Shown here piece after piece: positions 11,628 to 22,217 of a DNA stretch of 64,000 nucleotides. The notes under the pieces were generated by a model. The model had not been told where the DNA came from and made no database searches. It was given only the letters and a program-made list of their open reading frames with translations. The first letter of the stretch is position 1. Every line of letters begins with the position of its first letter. The position numbers and the translations under genes are program-made. The stretch is taken from sequence record ON529860.1; one strand, written 5' to 3'.

Positions 11628-12132
11628 GCGACACCTTGCCCAGTCCCAGCGAGACGTTCTCCATCCGCATGTTCAGGTCGTTGAGCGCGGCGCGGAGTCC
11701 GCCGTAAACCGGGATGCCGTAACGTTCGCCCATGATGTCGATATTGCCCTTGCGCCAGAACCCGTCGGGACAACACACGATCGTCTGTTGAGGCTTGAGG
11801 GCGCAGCACAGGCCGAACTCGGCCATGGTCACGGGGCTCTTGGAGCCCGGAAGGAAGTTGAACAGGACGAAGTCGGCGCGCTCGATCATGTCGAGTTCCC
11901 AGTGGGCCTGGTTGTTGAAGGCCTCACTGTCGATCGACTGCGCCCAGGTCGAGTCCCAGGCGGCCCGGCGCGGATTGTAGATGAATTCCGCCCGCCGGCC
12001 GATGTCCTCCGCCGCCTGGGCCTGCCAGTCCTGGGACTCGCCCATGTCGATGGTGCCCGCAAGAAAGACAGTGGCTTTGCGCGAGAGCGCCCCTTTATAG
12101 CGGATCAGGGGCGGGTAGACGACGTTGGACAC
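11620..12132 (-). CDS. Nucleoside 2-deoxyribosyltransferase-like protein
   Basis: VFLAGTI..WQ..YNPRR..W..WEL..AD..F..SPVT..EFG. Confidence 0.8.
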   Translation of the reverse strand: MSNVVYPPLIRYKGALSRKATVFLAGTIDMGESQDWQAQAAEDIGRRAEFIYNPRRAAWDSTWAQSIDSEAFNNQAHWELDMIERADFVLFNFLPGSKSPVTMAEFGLCCALKPQQTIVCCPDGFWRKGNIDIMGERYGIPVYGGLRAALNDLNMRMENVSLGLGKVSRG

Positions 12133-12572
12133 TAGACCTCGCGAGGCGGTTGCTGGCCCGGCAGGGGCTCCAGCGCGGTGGTGATGGCGTCAACCGCCTC
12201 GTCGACCTGGGACAGACCGGCGTAGGGCATGCCATGCAGGTTCATCAGCTTGGCGAGCGCGACGATGCGCTCGGTGAGGATGAACTGGAGGTGGCGGGCG
12301 ACAGGAGGGTTCAGGTCGCGAGACTTGTTGAGGTAACGCGTGACCTGGGACTTGGAGCAGCCGATCGCCTTGGCGATGTCGGCCTGCCAGTGATCCCCGT
12401 TGAGCGTAGAGCCGATCAGGCGAAAATCCTCAGGGCTCAGAATTGGCGGCGTGGGGGCCACGGCAGCCGTCTTAGCAGGGCGAGCGCTCGCTGCTCGCGC
12501 AGGCCGTCCAGGGGACTTGGCGGGGGCAGTCGCACGGCGGGCGGGGGGCGTAAGGGTGGGGGCGTCCGGCAT
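12132..12572 (-). CDS. HTH DNA-binding protein
   Basis: WQADIAKAIGCSKSQVTRYL helix-turn-helix. Confidence 0.65.
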   Translation of the reverse strand: MPDAPTLTPPARRATAPAKSPGRPARAASARPAKTAAVAPTPPILSPEDFRLIGSTLNGDHWQADIAKAIGCSKSQVTRYLNKSRDLNPPVARHLQFILTERIVALAKLMNLHGMPYAGLSQVDEAVDAITTALEPLPGQQPPREV

Positions 12573-12573
12573 G

Positions 12574-13185
12574 TCATGCAGTCTCCGGGAGGGCGCCGCC
12601 GCCTTTGAGCAAGGCGGCGTATTCAAACAGGGTCATGGGGGCGTCAGCGGCGCGATTGGCCCAGGCGGCGGCGGTCCCGCCGACCTGAACGGACGCGCCG
12701 GCGCCAAGGGTTTCCGCCAGAGCGAAGGCCTGAACCCCGACGTCCGTGGGATAGTAGCGGGTCCGGCGCACCTGGAAGCCGACATGCTGATCCGTGGTGC
12801 GCAGCGCGCCGCCCTTCACCAGGCCGCGCACCGCTCCAGGCACGGAGCCGCACAGCGCGGACTGTCCGGTCTGTTCCAGATAGGCTTGGATGTCCTTGAC
12901 CGCCACCCCCGGATCGTCCGCGCCCTGCACCCGCAGGGCGGACCAGGCGCTCCAGACGGCCTTGAAGATCGGCAGATGGCTCAGGGTAAGTCTCAGGGCG
13001 GGCTGGTCAGCCTTGCGCAGCACGACGGCGTCGCGTCTCGCCCCCGGCGGACTGCCGCTGATTCGACCTCCGGGGCGCACCGACGCGATCGCCGCCATCT
13101 CAGCCGGGCGGACGATCTTGCGGCGCGGTCGGGCGCCCACCACTTCGGTGGCGCCGTCGTCGTCGATGTCGTCGAAACCCTGCAT
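12574..13185 (-). CDS. Putative winged-HTH protein
   Basis: ORF downstream of a TTGACA promoter. wHTH-like 'VKDIQAYL..SVPGAVRGLVKGGAL..RYYPT'. Confidence 0.5.
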   Translation of the reverse strand: MQGFDDIDDDGATEVVGARPRRKIVRPAEMAAIASVRPGGRISGSPPGARRDAVVLRKADQPALRLTLSHLPIFKAVWSAWSALRVQGADDPGVAVKDIQAYLEQTGQSALCGSVPGAVRGLVKGGALRTTDQHVGFQVRRTRYYPTDVGVQAFALAETLGAGASVQVGGTAAAWANRAADAPMTLFEYAALLKGGGALPETA

Positions 13186-13332
13186 ATGCACTCCACGCCC
13201 CCGATGGGGATCAAGGGGCTTAACCGTATTGGAGACGCCTGTCAACGATCTCGGTCAAAAGACGTCGAGTGTTGACTGACAGCAGAGTTATGTCATACTT
13301 GCGCTTCCCCCGCAACGAAGGAGTATCCCTGC

Positions 13333-13886
13333 ATGCAGATCAACACCCGAGGCGTGCTCCTGATCGCCGCCGTCGCCCTAATCGTGCTCAAGCTGGCCGG
13401 CGTCATCGCCTGGCCCTGGCTTGCGGTTCTCGTCCCCGCCCTGGTCTATCTGGCGCCCTTCATCTGGTCGCTCGCCTGCGCCATCGGCGCGGTCGCCGTG
13501 GGCCTGATCTTCCTGATCGGCATCCTGATCGTGGGCGCCTGCGCCAGCCTGGTTGAGGCGGTGCAGACGCAGCGCTGGAAGGCGGCGCGCCAGGCCCAGT
13601 TGAAGGCCGGCGCCCTGGAAGGCCCCTGGGACCTGCGCGCCTGATGGGCATGGCGACCGGATCGTCCGGCTCCAACACCATGCCGGACTGGGTTCATGTC
13701 TACGACACCGCCGTCAGCCACAATCAGCCCGTCGGCGACGACAAGCCCGCGCCCCCGCCGAAGCGGCGCAAGCGCGCCAAGGCCCGCCAGAAGACGGTGG
13801 AGCACCTCTACGCCGATCTGATCAAGGCGGGGATCGTGCGGATCGAACGCAAGAAGGGGCAGCCGCCTCGGATCATCTGGCTCTGA
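13333..13886 (+). CDS. Membrane protein (13333-13644) and small basic protein (13644-13886)
   Basis: GAAGGAG RBS and upstream TTGACT-16-CATACT promoter. Confidence 0.6.
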
Positions 13887-13888
13887 TA

Positions 13889-13928
13889 GAAAAACCCCGT
13901 AGGCGTCAGCCCACGGGGTTTCTTTTTG
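13889..13928. terminator. Bidirectional terminator
   Basis: AAAAACCCCGT..ACGGGGTTTCTTTTT. Confidence 0.8.
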
Positions 13929-14142
13929 CGCCGACCTCCGACGTCGCGAACGCCTGGAGGCCGCCGAGGCCTGACTTTTCGACCGACTTTCACGGTCGGG
14001 TTGGTCAATCACGCCGGCCCACCTAACCCGATGGCCCCTGTTCATGAGGCGCGGCCTTGGCCCGTCGACTGACTGTACCGCACGCCCACCCTAGAGCGTG
14101 ACCCGGTCAACGTCAAGATTTACGGCACTGTGAAACGCCAAA

Positions 14143-14171
14143 GGCCCCGGCGACGAGCGCCGGGGCCTTTC
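14143..14171. terminator. Terminator downstream of primase gene
   Basis: AAGGCCCCGGCG-ACGAG-CGCCGGGGCCTT. Confidence 0.75.
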
Positions 14172-14216
14172 TGATCCTGCCGTATTCCCACCCGGCAGGA
14201 CCGCCCGCCGGTCCCC

Positions 14217-17200
14217 TTAGGCAGCGAGGGGATCGGGCTGAGGCTGTTCTTCGAGGTACTGATCCACCCGTTGCAGGAAGAACATCGGATCGCCTTCCTC
14301 CGACAGACCCGAACGGACCAGATAGTCGAGGTTGTCGATGCGGAAGGCGCGGCCGTCCAGGTTGTGCATCTTCTTCTGGAACATGCGCTTCTTCTGGTCG
14401 TCGTTGTTGCCTTCGATGATGTCCATCTCCATGCCGTAGGCGTGGTTGAACAGGTCGCCGGTGAGCACCTTGTTGAAGCCGTACTTCTTGATCCACTCCT
14501 TCACGAAGGCGCGGATCGCCGTCTCGTCCATGTCGGCGATGGCGCTGGCGCGGTTGTCCAGGAAGCCTTCGATGCCGCAGGCCTGGAGCACGCCGCCGAC
14601 CTTGCGCGACCAGTCCTCGAACGAGGCCCGCTTGCGCTCTTCGAACATCGGCTTCTCCAGGTCGATCCAATACTGGATCATCGTCAGGATGTAGCCGACG
14701 ATCTTGGAGCGGTTAGAGTTCAGGAAGTCGGTGAAGTCCTTGTGACGGAACACCCGCGTCTGGATGTCGACCGTCTTGCCGTTCAGACGCACCCAGACGA
14801 TTCGGCGCTCCATTTCCGACAGCACGATCGGGTTGTTGCCGGTGCCGATCCAGTTGAACAGGTTCGGCCGGCTGACATTGGCCGTCTTGCCCAGCATGCG
14901 CCCGCCGATTTCCTGCGCCGTGATCGACTGGAGCAGGGCGCGGTTATTGAACTCCTTGACGTCGTCGAAGAACAGGTGAGAACGAGTCTCAATAATCGCC
15001 GACAGCAGCGACTTCTGCATCTCCTCCTCGTTCTGCGTATAACGCATCGGGGCGCTCTCCTGGCCGTCGAACAACAGCATCGGCAGCTTGCCCAACAGGG
15101 TGCCGCCGGTGCCGGGGGTCGGTTTGGAGACGAAGAAGACCGGCGTACAGCCGTTGATCATCCGTCGCATGAACGGGGTGATGATCATCGCCAAGGCGTT
15201 GGCCTCGGACGGCCCGCGCCGTTCGTTGCCGTTCGTGTCGTAGTCCAGGAAGGGGAAGTCGATCAGGACCTCTTCGCGCAGGAAGGCGACCGCCTCCTCC
15301 ACCTCGTCCCAGGTCGGCGACTGCGGCACCGCGACCGTGAAGTTGATGTTCGCCATCAGGATGTTGAGGTCGGGCTTATAGCCCGGCGTCATCACCAGAT
15401 CGCCGTCGGCGGTGAACAGGGGCGTATAGATGATCTCCGGCGATTGCGGCAGTTCATTGTAGCACTGCTGGTAGACGTATTCGCCGACCTCCTTGGGGAT
15501 GGCCTCACGCGTGCCGTCGCCCTTCTCGGAGCGCCGCATGAAGGTCATGCGCTTGTTCATCTCCGAGCGCATCGCCGCCTCGTTCAGGACGTCGAAGGAG
15601 ATGCGCCCCGTCTTGGCGTTGCGGTTCAGGCGCACGGGATCAGTCTGCACGCAGGAGAAGGTGGGTTCCTTGTCCTTCTTGTTGGTCATGGTCAGGGTGC
15701 GGAAGCAGGCGTCGAAGGCTTCGTCGAAGTTGTAGCTGCTCTCGTACTCGAACACCTCGCGGCCCTTCGGGTCCTTGATCGAGCCCTTTTCGTTCTTCGC
15801 CCGCGAAATCTCCGCGCGCGCCGACTTCAACAGCTTGGTGACGTTGGGCTGAGAGAGTTTCAGCGCCTTCCTGATCTTGGCCTCGATCTGAATGCTGCGC
15901 CGCGTCGGCAGGTTGGCTTCGATCACCGCGCGCAGGCAGTCGTCGACGTCCTCTTCCGAGGAATCCTCCGTCAGGCCGTCGACCAGCTTTTCGTAGACCT
16001 CGCGGGCGTCGTCCTCGGCCTTGATCTTCTCGCCTTCTTCCGACAGACCTTCGGCGCCTTCCTCCAGAAGGGCGTTGTAGGTCGGGTCGTCGATGGTGTC
16101 GCGGTCGAACCAGTCGTCCTTGAGCATCTTGCCCAGGAAGTCGAGATTGGTGCGCTGCGAGCAGCTATCGTGCTGGCACTTGATGGTGAAGATTTCGCTG
16201 GGACCGTCGCCGGCGTTGACCGCGAAACAGCCCTTGTCTTCAGGATTGCCCGGATCGGAGTGATCCTCGTCGAAGGGGCACTCGATGTCGATCTTGTGGG
16301 CGCCGTTGGTGCGGATGCGGTCGTCGGCGTGATCCTTGATCAGGTCGACGATCTGGAAGCCGCCGGCCGCCTTGATCGACCAGCGGCCGAGATCGCGCCC
16401 TTCCTCGGTGGTGGACTTGGACTTCGGCTTGGTCTTGTCGGTGGCCTTGACCTCGTTGAGCACCAGGTCGAGCAGAGCGTCTCCGGTGGGCGCGTCGTCA
16501 GCGCCGCCCGAGGTCAGTTCCAGCGACTTCCAGTCCAGCAGATCGCCGCCGACGATGCGGGCTTCGAACGGCCGGTTGGCGGCGTGGCGCGGGAAGTAGA
16601 ACAGACGCGACGGGTCAACGGCCGACCGGTCGAGCGGCAGGTCGCCCAGGGCCTTCGCCAGCGCGTGGCAGACCTCGCCCCACATCTTCATGCCTTCGTC
16701 GTGGGTCTTCGCCACGGCGGTGGGCACGAACGGCTCGATCAACGGCAGCACGATGCGGTGTTTGGGCATCGGAATGTGGTCAAGCTGGACCATGAACCCT
16801 TCCGGGTCATGGACGTCGTCGACGTATTCGACCGTCTTGATGATCGATTCGTCCCACCGCATGGTGGGCTCTTCGCGCAGGAAGCGCTCGATCGTCTGCT
16901 GGTTCACGCCCTCGTCGATGTCGTGCTTCTTGCACCACTTGGCGATGCGGTCCTTCAGCATCTTGGTCGAGGTCTTGGCGTGGCTGTGGGTGGTGTAGCG
17001 CACCGCCAGCTTGCCCAGCTTGCTCAGGGCCTCGTCGATCACGACGCCTGAAACGCCCACGTCGATGTCGAGCCCAACGCCGTAGCAGGCCTTGACGGCG
17101 GCCTTGCGGCGCTGATTGCCGACGATCTCGGCCAGGACGAAGGCCAGGCCGTCCTTGTTCTTGTCCTCGCGGTGACGCGAGAGCATGTCGACGAAGGTCC

Positions 17201-17873
17201 ACACCGGCATCGCCTTGGGCGCCCACTTGACGGATTCGCGGTTGGCGCCGATGGAGATGATCATCTCGGGGGCGTAGCGCGGATCATCAAGCTGGAACGG
17301 GCTCAGCAGCTTGGCGTCGTTGAGCGCGCCGAAGTCTTCGTCTTCCCACGGCAGGGCGTAGCCTTCCGTCTGCACCGCCGGGGTGTCGATCAGCCCTTCC
17401 GGCGCCGGCGGGGCGTCATCGGCGTAGACCTCGGCCAGTTGCGCGAAGGTGACATAGTGTTCCGGATCGAGGTGGACGAGGTCCCAGCCGTTGGCGCCGG
17501 GCGTCGGCACCGGGTCCGTCAGGAAGCCCGCCATCGCATCGGCGATCGCCGTCACTTCCGGCGTCGCTTGAACCGCCGTATCCAGGGCGTAGGCGCAGAT
17601 CAGCAGGCCGTCCTTGAACAGGACCGCCGTGGGCTTGACGACATCGTCCTGCCACTGGTCGGGCTGGGCGTTTTCGGTAAAGGCGTAGAGGAACGGCACA
17701 TCGCCGTTGGCGGTCACCGGGTCCAGATAGAGGGCCTCGGTTCCAGCGGCGGCAGCGGCCGCCTCCAGGGATTCAGGGGTGGTGATTTCTGCGGTGACGT
17801 CACCGTAGATCAGGCGAAACGCGTCTTCGGTTGCGCTGACCAGCGCCGACAGGAATTCGTTCAGGGCTGCCAT
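14217..17873 (-). CDS. Large primase/helicase-like replication protein (1218 aa)
   Basis: Prim-pol-like region (GLDID, YTTHSH, DPSRLFYFP), CPF..H..C.H..C zinc motif, C-terminal P-loop-like domain (SKPTPGTGGT, LFFDD, GNN). Confidence 0.75.
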   Translation of the reverse strand: MAALNEFLSALVSATEDAFRLIYGDVTAEITTPESLEAAAAAAGTEALYLDPVTANGDVPFLYAFTENAQPDQWQDDVVKPTAVLFKDGLLICAYALDTAVQATPEVTAIADAMAGFLTDPVPTPGANGWDLVHLDPEHYVTFAQLAEVYADDAPPAPEGLIDTPAVQTEGYALPWEDEDFGALNDAKLLSPFQLDDPRYAPEMIISIGANRESVKWAPKAMPVWTFVDMLSRHREDKNKDGLAFVLAEIVGNQRRKAAVKACYGVGLDIDVGVSGVVIDEALSKLGKLAVRYTTHSHAKTSTKMLKDRIAKWCKKHDIDEGVNQQTIERFLREEPTMRWDESIIKTVEYVDDVHDPEGFMVQLDHIPMPKHRIVLPLIEPFVPTAVAKTHDEGMKMWGEVCHALAKALGDLPLDRSAVDPSRLFYFPRHAANRPFEARIVGGDLLDWKSLELTSGGADDAPTGDALLDLVLNEVKATDKTKPKSKSTTEEGRDLGRWSIKAAGGFQIVDLIKDHADDRIRTNGAHKIDIECPFDEDHSDPGNPEDKGCFAVNAGDGPSEIFTIKCQHDSCSQRTNLDFLGKMLKDDWFDRDTIDDPTYNALLEEGAEGLSEEGEKIKAEDDAREVYEKLVDGLTEDSSEEDVDDCLRAVIEANLPTRRSIQIEAKIRKALKLSQPNVTKLLKSARAEISRAKNEKGSIKDPKGREVFEYESSYNFDEAFDACFRTLTMTNKKDKEPTFSCVQTDPVRLNRNAKTGRISFDVLNEAAMRSEMNKRMTFMRRSEKGDGTREAIPKEVGEYVYQQCYNELPQSPEIIYTPLFTADGDLVMTPGYKPDLNILMANINFTVAVPQSPTWDEVEEAVAFLREEVLIDFPFLDYDTNGNERRGPSEANALAMIITPFMRRMINGCTPVFFVSKPTPGTGGTLLGKLPMLLFDGQESAPMRYTQNEEEMQKSLLSAIIETRSHLFFDDVKEFNNRALLQSITAQEIGGRMLGKTANVSRPNLFNWIGTGNNPIVLSEMERRIVWVRLNGKTVDIQTRVFRHKDFTDFLNSNRSKIVGYILTMIQYWIDLEKPMFEERKRASFEDWSRKVGGVLQACGIEGFLDNRASAIADMDETAIRAFVKEWIKKYGFNKVLTGDLFNHAYGMEMDIIEGNNDDQKKRMFQKKMHNLDGRAFRIDNLDYLVRSGLSEEGDPMFFLQRVDQYLEEQPQPDPLAA

Positions 17874-17983
17874 TCAAACTTCGGGGGCGGGGGTGAGCCG
17901 AGGGTGGGGCCTCGTAATGAAGCCGCACCCTCGTCTATCCCGTCTCGAATGTCAAGATTGACGGCAATGATTGCCGTGAATTC

Positions 17984-18658
17984 TCACCAGTTCGCGACGT
18001 TGACCAGATCGCGCTGATAGTCACTGGGCTCGATGTAGGCGGCGGTGGTTTCCAGCCGCTTGTGGCCCATCAGCTTCTGGACGTCCAGGATCGAGCACTT
18101 CTTCTGGTTCGCCATGCGGGCGCGCACGGTGCCGAAGGTGCGACGACCGCTGTGCGAGGTCGCCCCGTCCAGAGACGCCTTGGCGTAGAGGCGGCGGAAC
18201 CACTGCACCACGGCGTTCGGCGTCACCGAGCCGGGCACATAGTCGTTGGCGATGGTGGAGACACGCTTCTTGGCGCGGGTCAGCTTCACCGTGCCGTCAG
18301 CGGCCTTGGCCTTGGGTGGCATGTAGTTGTGCAGGGCGTAGAAGACATATTCGTCTTCGGGGCGAGCCTTGCGCAGGCGTTGCAGCACCGAGGCCAATTC
18401 CGGCTCGATCGGGATCAGGCGCTCGACCGAACGCTTGCCGACATCGCCGGTGATCGCCAGGGTCGAGCGGACCTTGCCGCTGGCGTCGAGCACGTTGGTC
18501 CGCCAGCGCAGCTTGGCGATCTCCGAGGCGCGCAGGCCGGCGAAGAAGGACAGGCGCAGCGCCGCTTCGTCGCGCAGCGGGCTGTCGCTGGTGCGCGTGA
18601 TCTTCAGGGCCGCCTTGAACTGTTGTCCGGTCAGGGTCTGGGCGCGCTTGGTAGCCAT
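17984..18658 (-). CDS. Tyrosine recombinase, catalytic domain only
   Basis: GLRASEI (R), HSGRR (HxxR), MGH, TAAY (Y). Confidence 0.85.
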   Translation of the reverse strand: MATKRAQTLTGQQFKAALKITRTSDSPLRDEAALRLSFFAGLRASEIAKLRWRTNVLDASGKVRSTLAITGDVGKRSVERLIPIEPELASVLQRLRKARPEDEYVFYALHNYMPPKAKAADGTVKLTRAKKRVSTIANDYVPGSVTPNAVVQWFRRLYAKASLDGATSHSGRRTFGTVRARMANQKKCSILDVQKLMGHKRLETTAAYIEPSDYQRDLVNVANW

Positions 18659-18907
18659 GGGAAAGTTCCTCCGTTGATGTCGTCACGGAGTCACATAAAG
18701 AAGGTCGACGTGACTGTCAAGCGTCTGTCAACGATCTCACGCCAAAATCGTCAGATCGGCTTCTTGGCGCGGTTTTTGCCGGCGCGCGCGCCGCAGTGGC
18801 CGCACTTGCCACCGGCGCGAACCAGGCAGGCGTCGCAGCGACACCAGAAGCTGCGTCCGCGCGGCTGCCGCGAGGCCTCGCGGTTGGTCAGCGGCGGGTC
18901 TTGCACA

Positions 18908-19913
18908 TCAGGCGGGATAGCGGCGGCCCGCGTGAACGCCGTCCTGCGTGGTGGTCGGCGCCGGCTCTACGCCAGTCTTGCCGTCCATGAACCGCGCGCG
19001 ATGCGACGCCTTGGCGCCGGCCAAGGCCTTCGCCAGCAGGTCGCGGTCTTCGCCGATCGCCGTCTTGAACGCCGCCTCGAAGCGGTCCATGGCGACGTCC
19101 AGGTCGACGTCCATCTTCACCTGGTAGATCGGCACGTCCTCATGGACGAACTGGGTCCAGCGCGTTTGGCGTCGGCCCTGGCTGTCGTAGCCCGGCTTGA
19201 TGATGTGGAAGGTCTCTCCGCCCATGACGAAGGCGCCGATCTTGTTGGCCTTGAGCGCCCCGGCGTAGAGGGCGTGCGCTTGACGGCTCAATGGACCGCT
19301 CGGCTGTCCGGCAGGAGAATGCCGTGCACGCGCTTGCCGTATTCGCGGTTGAAGGCGCGGTTCCAGTATTCCGCCGCCGCGTGATTCGACCAGGCTTCCG
19401 TGGTCGTCAGTTCGGGGTTCTCATCCAGCAGGCGCGCGAAGAACAACGTGCGCAGGTAGGAGAAGTAGAGCCCCGCGCTGATCAGGCTCAGGTCGTCGGA
19501 CAGTTGCCAGTCATCGAGCGGCAGGGGCAGGTCGAGGTGGAAGTGGTCCGGGTGCAGGCGCAGGGCCTCGGCGATGTAGGCCACCTTGTCCTTGTTGCTG
19601 ATGCGCGACTGGAAGGCCTCGTCCGGCGAATCGTCGCTCAGGACGGCGGCGTGGAGTTTGTCGTACTGGTGTCCGTAGCTGGGGATTCGCTGGGGTCCGT
19701 CACCGTCACCGTGATTCCGTGAATTTCGCATGACTTCCTCGCGTACCAGACAGGCCGCGACGCATCGTCGGGGCCGAATATTTCGACAAACTCATTCCGG
19801 GCCGCGCGCTCTTGGCAGATGCAGCCTTCCACACCACGCTGGGGGAGTTCGGGATGATGAGGAAAACGCCCGCGCACCTTGGCGGGGGTGGTTTCCTGCG
19901 TGATGTTTCGCAT
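18908..19913 (-). CDS. Three hypothetical ORFs (18908-19291, 19288-19731, 19638-19913)
   Basis: Downstream of a TTGACG-17-CAGAAT promoter. Confidence 0.55.
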
Positions 19914-20052
19914 TCAGTAATTCTGACTGAAATCGTCACGATCGTCAAGAATTACGGCATAGTTCGGTGCTCAGGTGGCGTTTATGCGTTGACAGTCGGC
20001 GTCCACAAGGCCTATGCCGTTAATACCGTCATCGCCTACCGGAGTTCCCGCC

Positions 20053-22203
20053 TTGCGCTACGCCTACAAGCCCGACCACATGGAGGCCTCGGGCGTCCTG
20101 GCTGTCCGGAAATCGTCCACGCACACCTCGCGCAAGACGATTCGCATGCAGATCAACGATCTCTACTCCGACAAGGTCGGCGCGATCGTGCGCGAGATCA
20201 CCGCCAACGCCGATGATTCGCACCGACGCGCCGGTCAGGAGCGTCCCTTCTACGTTCACGTCCCCACGGCCCTGGAGCCGGAGTTCTTCGTGCGCGATTT
20301 CGGCTGCGGCATGACCGACCAGGTCATGGAAGAGGTCTACATCGTCATCGGCCTGAGCGACAAGGACGAGAGCGACGCCGAGACCGGCATGTGGGGTCTG
20401 GGCTCCAAGACGCCCTTCTCCTACGCGGACCAATACACCATCACCTGCTTCGACGGCGAGACCGCGCGCCACTACGGATACGGCATCGCCGATGACGGCA
20501 TCCCCAACCTCTACACTCTGGCGATCGAGCCTTCCGACGAGCCCTGCGGCGTGCGCATCGGCCTGGCGGTCGAGGCCCAGGACTTCCACCTGTTCGAGAC
20601 GGCGGTCAAGCACAGCGCCGTCGCCCATGAGGGTCGGTTCGAGCACAATCTGGGCGAGATCAAAACCGGATCGGTGGCCTACCAGGGCGCCGGATGGACC
20701 GCGCTCTCCGAGGCCCCCTTGACCGGCGCCAGCACCTACAACGACACCTGGTGGGTGCGACAGGGCTGCGTCGTCTATCCGCTCAAGGACTCGCAGATCA
20801 CCCTGCCGCAGAGTTCGCGGATGGACGGGCGGCTCGCCTACATCCTGGACTGCCCGATCGGTTCGGTGCGCATGACCCCGTCGCGTGAAGCCCTCCAGTA
20901 TGACGCGGAAGGGGTTGAATACCTCAAGGCGCGCATCGAGAGCGTCAAGGCGGAGATCGGCGACGCCGTGCATGAGGCGACCAAGGACATCGTTTCGGTC
21001 GTCGACTATTTCGAGAAGGTGGCGAAACTCAAGCCCTCCTTCCTCCAGCGCAACTTCACCCACCCGCTCACCGGCTTGACGACCAGCGCGCTCCACCTGG
21101 GCTGGCCCTCCCTGCTCTACAGCGCCGAACGCCGGGCCACCGGGGAGTGGGCGTTCGACATGCCGGGCGCCCTCGACCTGCGCTTCACCCGAACTGATCA
21201 TCGTCGGGTGTTCATTCTGGACGACATCCAGCCCTTGCTCGATCCGTCGCGTGGGGAAAAGGACGCCAAGACGGGCGACACCAAATGGCTGACGCGCAGC
21301 GAACTGCGCCGGGTGAGCCGTTTCGTGCGTCACTTCCTGGAATCGAAGCACGTCAACAACGCCTACCTGGTGTGCAACGTCGATTGGAGCGATGAGTTCA
21401 TCCAGGCCTTTAGCCACCAGAAAGGTCATCCGGTCGCCGCCTTCGAGCGACTGTCGTTCGAAGACCTGCGGGCGGCGGTCCCGCGTCGCGTGGCGCCGCC
21501 CACGCCGGCGGCCGCCACGCCGCCGATCCGGGGCCTCGCCCTCGCCAAGGCCGCCGGCGAGCAGAAGCCGGTGTTCTCGGTGCATGAGGCGAATGAGAAA
21601 TACGCCTGGGTCGCCTCCGACGAGTACCGCAAGCAGGCGGGCGCCCTGTTCAAGCTGGCGCGAAAGGCCGGCGTCGAGGCGCTCTACATCGCCGCCGAGG
21701 GCGACGCCCAGAAGCAGGTGATCGACGCCGGTCATCCCCACCTGTCGATCTTCCTGGGCAAGATGTTCACCCGCGCCGGCTGGTCGATGGCGACGCACGA
21801 GTTCGTCCGTCTGACCTTCCCGTCGGACTACTCGAACAAGACGTCTGATTTCCTGCGCACCTTGAAGCAGATCAGTCCCGAGCAGTACGACCGACTCGCT
21901 CAGGGCGACGGCGTCTACTCGCAACTGGCGGCGGCCCTGTCCAAGGTGATCGCCAAGCCTCTGGTCAGTCTGAGCGACGACGAGCGCCGGGTGATGGAGA
22001 CCTTGCTGCCCAAGCCTGAGATCAAGGTGACCAAGAAGCTTCAAGAGGCTCAGACGCTCTACAAGTCCCTGGAATCCCACTACCACAACCCGACAAGCAA
22101 GTTCGTCAGCGAACTGAAAGTCACCAAGGAACGGGCCGAGGACTACGTCAGCGCCGTCCTGGCGCTCCAGACCATCATCCCGCCCACCGCCCGCCACTCC
22201 TGA
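20053..22203 (+). CDS. rIIA: rIIA-like protein (GHKL/Hsp90-type ATPase N-terminus)
   Basis: LYSDK..VREI.ANA.D, RDFG.GM, GMWGLGSKTPFSY. TTG start chosen from the GGAG RBS. Followed by rIIB. Confidence 0.88.
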   Translation: MRYAYKPDHMEASGVLAVRKSSTHTSRKTIRMQINDLYSDKVGAIVREITANADDSHRRAGQERPFYVHVPTALEPEFFVRDFGCGMTDQVMEEVYIVIGLSDKDESDAETGMWGLGSKTPFSYADQYTITCFDGETARHYGYGIADDGIPNLYTLAIEPSDEPCGVRIGLAVEAQDFHLFETAVKHSAVAHEGRFEHNLGEIKTGSVAYQGAGWTALSEAPLTGASTYNDTWWVRQGCVVYPLKDSQITLPQSSRMDGRLAYILDCPIGSVRMTPSREALQYDAEGVEYLKARIESVKAEIGDAVHEATKDIVSVVDYFEKVAKLKPSFLQRNFTHPLTGLTTSALHLGWPSLLYSAERRATGEWAFDMPGALDLRFTRTDHRRVFILDDIQPLLDPSRGEKDAKTGDTKWLTRSELRRVSRFVRHFLESKHVNNAYLVCNVDWSDEFIQAFSHQKGHPVAAFERLSFEDLRAAVPRRVAPPTPAAATPPIRGLALAKAAGEQKPVFSVHEANEKYAWVASDEYRKQAGALFKLARKAGVEALYIAAEGDAQKQVIDAGHPHLSIFLGKMFTRAGWSMATHEFVRLTFPSDYSNKTSDFLRTLKQISPEQYDRLAQGDGVYSQLAAALSKVIAKPLVSLSDDERRVMETLLPKPEIKVTKKLQEAQTLYKSLESHYHNPTSKFVSELKVTKERAEDYVSAVLALQTIIPPTARHS

Positions 22204-22217
22204 TCGGACCCCATCTG

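Noticed and set aside
17984-18658. Integrase implying a prophage or att site
   Set aside because: No host genes or att-like repeats in the window. Enzyme lacks arm/core-binding domains
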